Positions 24,081 to 32,993 of a stretch of 54,429 bases of DNA are shown here, piece by piece. Position 1 is the first letter of the stretch; every line of letters starts with the position of its first letter. The stretch lies in IMG/VR virus record IMGVR_UViG_3300009788_000023, positions 1 to 54,429 of that record. One strand, 5' to 3'. The notes beneath the pieces are model-generated. The model did no database searches and had not been told where the DNA came from. It worked only from the letters and a program-made list of their open reading frames with translations. The translations under genes and the position numbers were made by a program. The stretch is from a virus. Lineage: Duplodnaviria > Caudoviricetes.

Positions 24081-24350
24081 TTAAGTTTGAATTCCATAAT
24101 CGCCTACCTTTAACCATTCGTTACCACTATAAACATAAAGTGTGAAATTGGAATCGTTATAATACATATCACCGCTTGTTGCGGTCCAACATGGTTCTTC
24201 GCCGATAAAAATAAGTTCCCTTGTGCGTCCCTTGAGTTCTTCGTGGGCTTCTTCGAGTTTCTCTTCTGTGAGGTCAGTAGGCACCGCCATCAGCACGCTC
24301 GGGACCGCCGGGGCTATGCACAATGCTTTAAGAAAGTCGCGTCGCTTCAT
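24081..24350 (-). CDS. Twin-arginine (Tat) signal protein
   Basis: MKRRDFLK + hydrophobic region; GAGGG RBS. Confidence 0.65.
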   Translation of the reverse strand: MKRRDFLKALCIAPAVPSVLMAVPTDLTEEKLEEAHEELKGRTRELIFIGEEPCWTATSGDMYYNDSNFTLYVYSGNEWLKVGDYGIQT

Positions 24351-24360
24351 TCTGTTTCCC

Positions 24361-24567
24361 TCAACAATCGGAACAATATCGGCCTTCAGGGAAGTCACCT
24401 TCTTGATGTGGAAGGCATCTTTCACAACCTTGTATGCCACAGTGAAAACAATAGAAAATCCCATATTTCGCGTAAGTGTTTTCGCAGATTGGGCAACAAT
24501 GGAAGAGTTGGTAAATTTGCCTACACAAAATGAGAAATAAAATCGAGAACGGCACAAAGTACTCCAT
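24361..24567 (-). CDS. Membrane-anchored multi-CxxC protein
   Basis: Hydrophobic N-terminus, four CxxC pairs; GAAAGGA RBS. Confidence 0.6.
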   Translation of the reverse strand: MEYFVPFSILFLILCRQIYQLFHCCPICENTYAKYGIFYCFHCGIQGCERCLPHQEGDFPEGRYCSDC

Positions 24568-24591
24568 ATTCTTTCCTTTCAAAGAGCCGGC

Positions 24592-24620
24592 ATTATACCA
24601 AATACTATCAACTTTGTCAA
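24592..24620 (-). promoter_or_regulatory. Consensus sigma-70 promoter for the 24.6-21.3 kb accessory operon
   Basis: TTGACA-17-TATAAT with TG extension. Confidence 0.85.
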
Positions 24621-24777
24621 GGATTATTTTCCAAGAGCTCGTTAATCGTATTTTGTAGTGCCAAAATCCGCTTTTTAAGGCTGTTTTTCTGGGCTTCCTG
24701 AATATCGACTCGCTTACTGAGTCGGCCGTTTTTCATTTCCAGAACCTTGATGTATTCGTCTTTGTCGAGTTCTTCTG

Positions 24778-24927
24778 TCATGTTCTCGGTCCGAATATTT
24801 GCGTATTGAATCCGTGTGGCTTCTTCTTCTTTTTGGGTTTAGATTTGTTCTTTTTCTTAATGATAACATCTTTGAGCAGGCCGTCACCGGCGCCATTGTT
24901 CGTTACGTCCTGGATATTCGTAGCCAT
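24778..24927 (-). CDS. Small Lys-rich protein
   Basis: MATNIQD...IKKKNKSKPKKKKKP; TAATG coupling. Confidence 0.55.
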   Translation of the reverse strand: MATNIQDVTNNGAGDGLLKDVIIKKKNKSKPKKKKKPHGFNTQIFGPRT

Positions 24928-25169
24928 TATTTCCCCCAATCGTGAGTTAAAGCGTAAATAACAAGGGCCAGAATAAGCGACGTGCCAAATCCAATAGCCC
25001 ACTTTTTCCATGCCTGAAGAGTCTTTATTCTGTCGTCATGCAGAGCAACCTTCGTAACAAGGCCGTCGGTGCCGTTGCCTTCGAGAATGAGAAAGATTTT
25101 TTTGCAATACCCCTCAATTCTGGTAAAGTCCGGCTTGATTACTTTTTCGTAAAATTGCTGTTCGTCCAT
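24927..25169 (-). CDS. Putative holin/XhlA-like membrane protein
   Basis: GNGTDGLVTKV coiled segment and C-terminal TM; end of the late operon. Confidence 0.55.
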   Translation of the reverse strand: MDEQQFYEKVIKPDFTRIEGYCKKIFLILEGNGTDGLVTKVALHDDRIKTLQAWKKWAIGFGTSLILALVIYALTHDWGK

Positions 25170-25170
25170 G

Positions 25171-28100
25171 CTATCGAGTCCTTTTTCTGAATGTAGTCTT
25201 TCGACCTGAAGTTGATGTGGAACGTCGTCTGAATGTCGTTTTCTTGCCTTTTGAGTCGCCCTTAGAGTCTTTTGTGATTTGCCTAACCCTGAATCCTATC
25301 TCTCCGCGGGGCGCCGAGAAGGGCAGGCCGTTACGCAGGGCTATCAATTCTGCCAGCGAGACTGCGAATCTATTTCTTTCCCGCTTCCATTTAGGTTTGC
25401 CTTTGTCGGATCCTGATTTGAACACTTCGCCGGTACCCATAAGCTGAAGCATCTTACCGAAACTGCCAACTACGTCCGAAGCGTCCAGGGTCATATCGAC
25501 GAAGATGTTCCCTGTCCGTATGCTCTGCAAGTCTCTAATAGGCAATCCGGGCGTTTTGAGTCTTTTAATGACTTCGTCGGCCGTATTCTGGGCGAATGGG
25601 CCTATTAATGCTGGCAGGCTTATCAGGTTAAGGACTGTCCCCAAAGGCACCTTCGTAGCTTGTTTTTTGACTGATTCGGCGATTATCCGCTTGGCCTTCT
25701 CTTCGTCGCCGCTTGCCCATATCAGAGCCGCGGTCGCTGAAGTTACGCCGATGGCAACTAAGCCCCTGACTACCTGGACAAGAACATTGGCAAAGAATAC
25801 TCCACCCCACCGCTCAAGCATCTGGGCAGTACTGATTCGGCCTTTTACCCTATCAATAGTCGCTCTTTGCAGGACGTTCAATTGGGCTACCCTGGCCGAA
25901 GAGAATATCGTAGAGCCCCGCAAAGGCACGTTCGGACTACTTGTGAGAAGGTTCCTGTGTACCATATCCCACTGAGGCTGGCTGTCCAGGGCTACTTCAG
26001 TCAATTTCATAGCCGCCTCTTTGTTGGCCTTGGTCCCCTTCTTTAATCCCTGTTCTGCGGCAACTTTTTCCTGTGCGGCCAGGTAAATCGTATAAATGGC
26101 CTTCTGGTCGCCCCATAGGTATTGGTTCAGGAATTTGTCCGTCATGGGCGAATCCTGTAATACCATCGTATCAAAGGCGTGCTGTGCGGCTACGGCACCT
26201 GTAACGTAATTGAATCGGCGCCCTTCCCAACGCATCCAGAGTATGTCGGAAAGCTCCTTCATTTCCGTAACGCCCGCCCGGGGGATTTCCGCTGCCGAAA
26301 TAAGAGGTCTTGCCCTCAAGAAATATTTAGAGTTTATTGTCTCATAAGCTGCCGGTATTGAGGCAGTCTGTATTCCATATCCAGTTAACCTCAAGGACAA
26401 AACCGATTTTCCGAAGTTGTTTAACTGTTCTGCTAAAAACAAGTCAATCATAGAAGCGTCCGAACTGAACGCCTGAATCCTGTTGACCAGTTTAATGATC
26501 GTATCTAATTCGTCGGCCCGACCGGCATCCCGCATTGCCTTCTGCCATCTGTGGCTGTTAACGAGGATCCGTAAATCCTGAATGGGGATAACTCCGCCGG
26601 CATAAGCGGCGTCGGCCTGCAGCGAGGACATTAATTCCTGCCTGAATGGCACTATCCGGATCTTGGCGGTTCCGCCGGTCTTTGGTTGCCGCCTTGACTC
26701 TTCTTCGAGTACCTTCGTTGTTTCGGTTGGCCTGGTCGCCGTTTTTTTATCGAACACCCGAACCGTCCGCCAATGCTTCTTTTCGGTGTTCAGGTCGAAG
26801 TTCTGGTATTCGTTGGATGTTTTATTAACCTCTGGGGTTACGACTTCCCTGTTAATCTTGAAGGCCGCATCGCTCAATGCCTTGAATTTGGGGTCGCCCT
26901 CAATAATCTCCACGATCCTGCGGAGTTCGGCATCTGTAGGCGTTCCGGTTTCGGTTACGACCTTTTTCTTAATAACGTTAAGAGGTCCGCCGCGTTCGGT
27001 TTGAAGTATAACCAGGCCGTCCGTTCGAAGCAATTGTCTCAGATTGCCATCAGCCTTAATGTGCTGGTAAATCGAAAGAACGTTGTCGAGGTCCATATTG
27101 ATCGACTTGCCGCCAAGGGTTACTTTTACCTTTTTGTCCAGACGTTTTGAGTCGGCCTTTGTGAAATTGATTTTGTTGATTATGGCTCGAGCGCCTTCTG
27201 TGAATTGCCTACTGACTTTGGCCTTGCCTTCCTCGTACTTCCTGAGATTGTCCTGGATAAAGAAGTCGGTCGCGTCCGTAGTTTTGCCGGTCACTTTACT
27301 GGAAAGCGTTCTGAGCGTCATTTGCTGGATTGTTAAGACCTTGGGTATGAATCCCGGCAAGCCGAGGATATCTACATTTACGCCCTTTTCCTTGGACTTT
27401 GAATCCACTTCCTTGACCGCGGCATCCTTCTGTTGGTTCTCTTTTTCGGCCTTGGCGGACTGTTTTTCAAGGAACGCCTTATCGCCCATAGCCACTAAAT
27501 GCTCTATAGACGTTTTAATGTAGTTGATTTCGTCGATATCAAGGTCTTTTATGGGTACTTTCCGGAGCCGGTTCAATTCGTCGATGTGAGACTGCGGCAT
27601 CCAGGGAAGCAACGTTCCGATTTCGTCTTTTAGGTTACTGCCCAAATCGGCAAGGTTCCCGGCCATTTTACTGACAAAGGCTTCGCGTTCGAGTAGTTCG
27701 TCAAATTTCTTCTGGGACATCTTCGAAAAATCAAAGGTATCGAAGAACGCCTTAATCGGACCGCGGACCTCTGGCGACAACTTGCCGAGTTCAACTTTGC
27801 CGAACCGCCTTTCTTTCCGGAGCTTCTTCATAAAGTCTTTGAGCTCGTTAACGGCGCCACGGTGTTCCGCTCTGAAGGCAAGCATTTCAACTGCCGCAAC
27901 GGCCTTCTGCTTTTCAAGGTCTGTTCTGCCTTTAGCAACGAGTGAAAGAAGTCGATTTTGCTCCGCAGCCGTTATATCGACGCCTTTCAGCCTCGTTTTG
28001 ATGCGTGCCGCAAGGTCTTTGTGGCTCGCAACTATATCCTTGGCGCTCTCAAGCCAAGCTTTAGCGGACGATACTTCCGCCTTCTTCATCGCAATATCAA

Positions 28101-30420
28101 GGACCTGCTGGGCGGTTTTGCCCGAATCAATGCCCTTGGACGGCTGGACGGCTAATTGTACTCGTTTCTTGACGGGAATATCCTGTGCTTCTGATGGCGC
28201 TAAAATGACTTTACCACGCCTGATATCGGTTATCGCTCTTTCTTGTAAGTCGCGTACTTGCGCTCGAGTTAGGGCGATTTCCCTGCCTTGGATTTCTGTG
28301 GTTGTCGGGATATCTATTTCCAGGTCCTCGGCAATGCCCGCGACCTCTTCGTTTGTCATTGTGGAGATATTGACTTCCCGGAACGGCCTGGCCCCGATTG
28401 GGATGCCGAGTACTTCCCTCAATGCCTTGATATCCGCCCAGTCAACATTTGCCTGTCTCAGTCCATTCTCTGTTCTGATCAGGTCGTTATCAACCTTCTC
28501 CTGCAAGCTATTCTCAATAAAGACAAGGGTTCTCTCGGCTTCTGATCGGGCCATGGGTATCTGAGTTTTCTTTGTCGGGAATCCACCTTCTTTGAATCCC
28601 TGAATGTCCTCGGCTTTCAGTCCGGTACCCGCTTCTATTCGGGTCTTCATCCCCGGCGTTACGTTGCCGATGTGGAGTTTGGGGGTTACTATGTCGGGCT
28701 TCATCGGGCGGCCTTGCTCTTTGAAGCTCAAAGCATCCAGTTCTGTCCCGCCCTCAAACACCATATTGGCAGTTGGCTTGACATTTGTTTTCTCGAAAGC
28801 CTCTTGCCTTGTAAGGAAAACGCCATCAGGGCCAATAAATCCTTCTGATGTAAATGTTGGTTCGCCGGGCGTTAAATTTTCCGACTCTCGTATCTGTTCC
28901 GAATATTGCTCTGACAGATTGAAGTGGATATCGCTTGCGTCCCCGACGTACACCTTTCCGTCTGCTCCTATATTGGCGACAAAAAGACCTTCTTCTGGCG
29001 TTGGCAATCTTCCGCCAATCTTTTCTACCTGTTGGCCTTGTATTGTTACGGGGGTAATATCCGCCGCTTCAACAGGCGGTTGTCCAGCCACGGCTCCAGA
29101 CGGCTCTGCAATCCCCTCTGCGGGCTGTGGTTCGACGGGGATTTCGCGGGGGAAAGCTATGGATTGCTCTGCTTCTGGCGTTCTTGGCGGAAACGTTCGT
29201 CCTTTCAGGATATCAGAAACAGGCGGGATTCCATCTTCGGGCGCAATTGGCTCTTTGAGAATGTCTGAGACGGGGGGAATTTCGTCCTTGGCCTTGATAT
29301 CTCCAATGTCCCGACGGATGAATCTTCCTGCCTCGTCAACCTGGCCTTGTGCCTGCTCAATTTCGCTTTGAATCTCTGCGTCTTGCTGTGTCGTCTCAAC
29401 TACGCCGCGTGCCACACTGACCGCTGCTCCGGGTATGGGCAGGAGTGCCATCGGACCAATTGCCTGTTTGCCCTCTTCGAGCATTGCCTTGGCGGTGTCT
29501 TTGAGTTCTGCCGGAATATCGGCCGCTTCAATCTGGCCTTCAATAGCTCTGCCTGTCTTGACGGCAATTTCCTCGACGCCCTTCTGAACGACTTCCTCGG
29601 CGACTTCGGTTCCGACTGTCTTGGCGTATGCTATCAGGAGTTTGAGGATTCCGCTTTTAGCTCTGCCAAGGCCCGGAATGATTTTGTCAATCTGAGACTG
29701 TTCAATATAACCATAAAGAGGGCCGCCTACGCTTGACACAAGGGCGGCTGTTTTATGTGAAACGCCAGCTTTTCTTGCGGCTCCATAAATAGCACCTTCT
29801 CCTTGCTCTGACCAAAACTTCGTACTGCCGATGGCCTGGCCGGCTACGTAAGAGCCTGGGACGGTCACGATTTCTTCGGGGAAGGCTGCCTGTGGCCCGA
29901 CTTGGCCGGCAAGTGCGGCTGCTCCAGCAAAGGCCGTTCCCGTTTTAACGCCTTCCCCCAACCCTCGTATCATGCCCGGCGTAACCTGAACAGTGCTTAA
30001 CAGCAGGGATTCGGCAAAGTTTCTGCCTTCAATGGGATTGCTTTCGTTAAGTTCGGCAAGTCTCTTGTCGGCAGCGAAAGCCTCTTCTTCACTAATTAGA
30101 CCATATTTTGCCTGCCGCCATGTGAAATCTAAAGAGATATTCTGTTGGCCACGCTGGAAAGCTTCGCCTGCTCTTTCGGAAAAGCTTCTCTCTTTTGGAA
30201 ACGCTGAAGGCGCAGAAATTCCCTGCGGATCGGCTATCCTGGGAATGTCAACTTGGGGGATTGTGTTCTCGATGGCCCCGATGGGCTTGTTGGGGTCTAA
30301 ATCGGGAAGGGATGGGAATACTGTGGGGGGTGCGGCCTCTACGTCAAGTGCTGACAGACCGGCCTCGTTGTCCAGAGAAGCAAAGACTTCTGCATCTAAA
30401 TCTTCGAATGTTTTTGCCAT
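25171..30420 (-). CDS. Large internal virion/DNA ejection protein
   Basis: 1749 aa, largely helical, last of the ejection-type cluster downstream of the nozzle. Confidence 0.65.
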   Translation of the reverse strand: MAKTFEDLDAEVFASLDNEAGLSALDVEAAPPTVFPSLPDLDPNKPIGAIENTIPQVDIPRIADPQGISAPSAFPKERSFSERAGEAFQRGQQNISLDFTWRQAKYGLISEEEAFAADKRLAELNESNPIEGRNFAESLLLSTVQVTPGMIRGLGEGVKTGTAFAGAAALAGQVGPQAAFPEEIVTVPGSYVAGQAIGSTKFWSEQGEGAIYGAARKAGVSHKTAALVSSVGGPLYGYIEQSQIDKIIPGLGRAKSGILKLLIAYAKTVGTEVAEEVVQKGVEEIAVKTGRAIEGQIEAADIPAELKDTAKAMLEEGKQAIGPMALLPIPGAAVSVARGVVETTQQDAEIQSEIEQAQGQVDEAGRFIRRDIGDIKAKDEIPPVSDILKEPIAPEDGIPPVSDILKGRTFPPRTPEAEQSIAFPREIPVEPQPAEGIAEPSGAVAGQPPVEAADITPVTIQGQQVEKIGGRLPTPEEGLFVANIGADGKVYVGDASDIHFNLSEQYSEQIRESENLTPGEPTFTSEGFIGPDGVFLTRQEAFEKTNVKPTANMVFEGGTELDALSFKEQGRPMKPDIVTPKLHIGNVTPGMKTRIEAGTGLKAEDIQGFKEGGFPTKKTQIPMARSEAERTLVFIENSLQEKVDNDLIRTENGLRQANVDWADIKALREVLGIPIGARPFREVNISTMTNEEVAGIAEDLEIDIPTTTEIQGREIALTRAQVRDLQERAITDIRRGKVILAPSEAQDIPVKKRVQLAVQPSKGIDSGKTAQQVLDIAMKKAEVSSAKAWLESAKDIVASHKDLAARIKTRLKGVDITAAEQNRLLSLVAKGRTDLEKQKAVAAVEMLAFRAEHRGAVNELKDFMKKLRKERRFGKVELGKLSPEVRGPIKAFFDTFDFSKMSQKKFDELLEREAFVSKMAGNLADLGSNLKDEIGTLLPWMPQSHIDELNRLRKVPIKDLDIDEINYIKTSIEHLVAMGDKAFLEKQSAKAEKENQQKDAAVKEVDSKSKEKGVNVDILGLPGFIPKVLTIQQMTLRTLSSKVTGKTTDATDFFIQDNLRKYEEGKAKVSRQFTEGARAIINKINFTKADSKRLDKKVKVTLGGKSINMDLDNVLSIYQHIKADGNLRQLLRTDGLVILQTERGGPLNVIKKKVVTETGTPTDAELRRIVEIIEGDPKFKALSDAAFKINREVVTPEVNKTSNEYQNFDLNTEKKHWRTVRVFDKKTATRPTETTKVLEEESRRQPKTGGTAKIRIVPFRQELMSSLQADAAYAGGVIPIQDLRILVNSHRWQKAMRDAGRADELDTIIKLVNRIQAFSSDASMIDLFLAEQLNNFGKSVLSLRLTGYGIQTASIPAAYETINSKYFLRARPLISAAEIPRAGVTEMKELSDILWMRWEGRRFNYVTGAVAAQHAFDTMVLQDSPMTDKFLNQYLWGDQKAIYTIYLAAQEKVAAEQGLKKGTKANKEAAMKLTEVALDSQPQWDMVHRNLLTSSPNVPLRGSTIFSSARVAQLNVLQRATIDRVKGRISTAQMLERWGGVFFANVLVQVVRGLVAIGVTSATAALIWASGDEEKAKRIIAESVKKQATKVPLGTVLNLISLPALIGPFAQNTADEVIKRLKTPGLPIRDLQSIRTGNIFVDMTLDASDVVGSFGKMLQLMGTGEVFKSGSDKGKPKWKRERNRFAVSLAELIALRNGLPFSAPRGEIGFRVRQITKDSKGDSKGKKTTFRRRSTSTSGRKTTFRKRTR

Positions 30421-31145
30421 TATTCAAGGAGTCCATTATCTTCTGCAAATTTCCGAGCGTCTGGATTAGTTGAGCCACCCAACTCTTTGAATCTTCTGAG
30501 CAGAGTGGACCTGTCTTGTGTGGCGTTAGGGAAGGTTGATTTGTTTTGTGGAGGTATGCTGCTTGGACCAAACTGACCGAATGGAGGGAAAGTTGGTTGG
30601 CTTCGCGTTTTAGTTGGGAATGTACCGGATTGCTGAGTTCCCTGTGATGCCGCAGGTCTTTCGAATTGAACCGTAAAGCCATCTTCGTCCTCGAATCCAG
30701 TTTCGATTATAGAGTCAATTTCAGCCTGAACCTGCTGTTGTTTGGCGGGACCGAGAAAATCAAAGCCGGCTCTTGTTTTGATGCCCTGTATTATGCGTTC
30801 TGTTTCTTCGCGGGATATCGTATCCGGTTTGTCCTTACGAATAAGCCTTCGGCCGGACTTGTCTCTGGTTGCATCAGCAAAGCTACTGCCTACAAAGCCT
30901 CGGATATCATCAGACTGGCCAGGGCTAAAGACTGAAATATTGGTAGTTCTTGGCTGTGCCGCTCGTATCCGGTTGGTTTCCCGGGCAATCTCAATCCTCT
31001 CCTGATTGAACCGCCGGTTGTCCTGAAGCTGGGCATCGAAACGCTTGTTCCGGGCATCTTCTCGGCGATTCCGTTGGTTAATCAGACTGATCTGAATGAA
31101 CTTGTCTGTAAGATTTCTTGCGAATGCTATGCCTTCGTCTGCCAT
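30420..31145 (-). CDS. Putative ejection/internal virion protein
   Basis: Position; Gln/Arg-rich. Confidence 0.55.
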   Translation of the reverse strand: MADEGIAFARNLTDKFIQISLINQRNRREDARNKRFDAQLQDNRRFNQERIEIARETNRIRAAQPRTTNISVFSPGQSDDIRGFVGSSFADATRDKSGRRLIRKDKPDTISREETERIIQGIKTRAGFDFLGPAKQQQVQAEIDSIIETGFEDEDGFTVQFERPAASQGTQQSGTFPTKTRSQPTFPPFGQFGPSSIPPQNKSTFPNATQDRSTLLRRFKELGGSTNPDARKFAEDNGLLE

Positions 31146-31708
31146 TATCCGAATCCTCCCGTAGCGCCTAAAGTTGCAAGGCTTAGGCCAGAGCCTATTA
31201 AGGCACCTGTTTGGGCGCCTTGGGCTTGGTCTTGTTCGCCTTTAATCAATCCGGCTTGGGCCCGCAATAGAGGCGTGCTGGATTGAAGATTGATAAAGTT
31301 CTGTAAATTACCGAGACGATTGAGGCTGAATTCTCTCTTAGCTTGGCCTGCCGCCCGGACTCCTGTTCCGGATTCCCCGAGCCTCGTCGCTGATTCTCTC
31401 AGCAAGCTTTTGCCTACATTGCCGGAAACGATATTGTCTGGTCCTGTAAAACCTGCCCCGGCCGTTGCAGTCTTGAATTGCCTACGCCTTGCCCCTGCCA
31501 ACTTCTTTGCGTCGCCGATAAATCTTGAAGCAAGGTTCTCTGGAAACAGGTCGGTTTTGATAGACTCAAACAGGCCCTTCTCAAGCTTCTTGCCTTCGGG
31601 GGTAAGCTTGGGCTGTGTAAATGGCTTGGCTTTATCGTCACCACTTAACGAATCGGCTATACCCAAGCCAAGGCTTCCCGCTAAAAGTGCTGTTGTCAAA
31701 AACGCCAT
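31145..31708 (-). CDS. Putative ejection protein
   Basis: Gly/Ala-rich hydrophobic termini typical of podovirus pilot proteins. Confidence 0.6.
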   Translation of the reverse strand: MAFLTTALLAGSLGLGIADSLSGDDKAKPFTQPKLTPEGKKLEKGLFESIKTDLFPENLASRFIGDAKKLAGARRRQFKTATAGAGFTGPDNIVSGNVGKSLLRESATRLGESGTGVRAAGQAKREFSLNRLGNLQNFINLQSSTPLLRAQAGLIKGEQDQAQGAQTGALIGSGLSLATLGATGGFG

Positions 31709-31709
31709 A

Positions 31710-32372
31710 TTATCTACTCCCGAACTGCTGAAAGAATCCTACCGAACCCGTTGCTGGTTGGCCTGCAAATGAAGATGTTACTCCAGGGCTGCCCGTTACG
31801 CCTGTGTTTGGGTTTACATTGGATGGGGTAAATCCCTTATTGAATCCACTTGCCAATGCGATTCCCGCAGCGCTACCTACGCCCCCTGCAAGCTCCGAAC
31901 TAAAAGATGGTGATTGCGACCGTCGCAGGATAGATTGATTCGTTGCATTCAAAATATCCGTAGCAACTCTCCGTTCTCCGCCGACCGCATTGAAAGCAAG
32001 TCCCTGGGCAATCCCTTTGTCCTCAAAGCCGCTGAACTCAAACTCTCGATTAATTCCTTCCTTTTGCCTTGCGAACTGTCTTTTAAGTGAACTTCTCAAA
32101 AAACTTCGAACGCCGACATCTGCCCTTGGGATTGCCCTGTTGATTCCGGATTCCAGATTTCTTCTTGTACTGACGAATTCTTCGCCGGTCCTTCGCAATA
32201 TGCCGGATTCTGTCTCAGCGGTAATTCCGGGTGTCAAACCTTCCCCGCGAAGTCCCTGTTCGATTCTGGGAAACAATTCGGCCTGAAATTCCTTCGCTTC
32301 CGGTTCGAGTTGAGGCGCAAGTAGTTTCGGCTTACTGCTGTCAGCACCAAGTAATTTACTGAGAAATCCCAT
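31710..32372 (-). CDS. Putative ejection protein
   Basis: MGFLSKLLG start, Gly-rich C-terminus, position. Confidence 0.6.
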   Translation of the reverse strand: MGFLSKLLGADSSKPKLLAPQLEPEAKEFQAELFPRIEQGLRGEGLTPGITAETESGILRRTGEEFVSTRRNLESGINRAIPRADVGVRSFLRSSLKRQFARQKEGINREFEFSGFEDKGIAQGLAFNAVGGERRVATDILNATNQSILRRSQSPSFSSELAGGVGSAAGIALASGFNKGFTPSNVNPNTGVTGSPGVTSSFAGQPATGSVGFFQQFGSR

Positions 32373-32385
32373 GCTCTAATCCTTA

Positions 32386-32982
32386 TTAATTGCCTATTGC
32401 CATAATAGTTACAAGGTTATAATCAGCCGCAGCACCATCGACTCTATGCGTCTGTATTAAAGCCTGATTTGCCGACAAAGGCGTGTCCGTAGCTCCGTTT
32501 GCAACTACGCCAGCCGGAAGGCCCAAATCTGCAAGAAATCCCGCGATTGCATAATTAGCATCTGGAAAAAAGGAGTCCCACACAATCGTATATGCCCCAA
32601 CTCCAGTTCTGGTCACGCTAAAGACATTGAATGAATCGGCAACCGTCCCGTCATCTCCATCAAAATTCACCCACGCTTTAATAAATCCACTCTCCGCAGC
32701 CGTAATAGCGGTATCGTAAGCATCCTTAACGGCGGCGCACGTTGCTAATGTCGTATCGTTATCGTTGCTCTCTATACCTTCTGCCTCCGTTACTAAGGTG
32801 GATGCGGCAAGCTGGGCAACCGTAAGGCCGGATATCCGGGCAAGGGGAACGGTCCCAGAGGCAAGATTGGAAGCGTCGAAAGCATTAAGAGCAGTCAATA
32901 CATCTGTAAAGTTCTGATTGACCTCGCTCGCAACGGCAGTTGTATCGGCCGTGAACGTATTCGTAACTGTGTAAGTTGCCAT
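32386..32982 (-). CDS. Tail needle/fibre-like protein
   Basis: TAVASEVNQNF N-terminus; KAWVNFDG..SFNV.SV.R.G.G.Y.I domain. Confidence 0.65.
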   Translation of the reverse strand: MATYTVTNTFTADTTAVASEVNQNFTDVLTALNAFDASNLASGTVPLARISGLTVAQLAASTLVTEAEGIESNDNDTTLATCAAVKDAYDTAITAAESGFIKAWVNFDGDDGTVADSFNVFSVTRTGVGAYTIVWDSFFPDANYAIAGFLADLGLPAGVVANGATDTPLSANQALIQTHRVDGAAADYNLVTIMAIGN

Positions 32983-32993
32983 ATTAGAATTCC

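Noticed and set aside
29203-29281. Duplicated IPPVSDILK peptide in the ejection protein
   Set aside because: Short duplication in a disordered linker with no evidence of function
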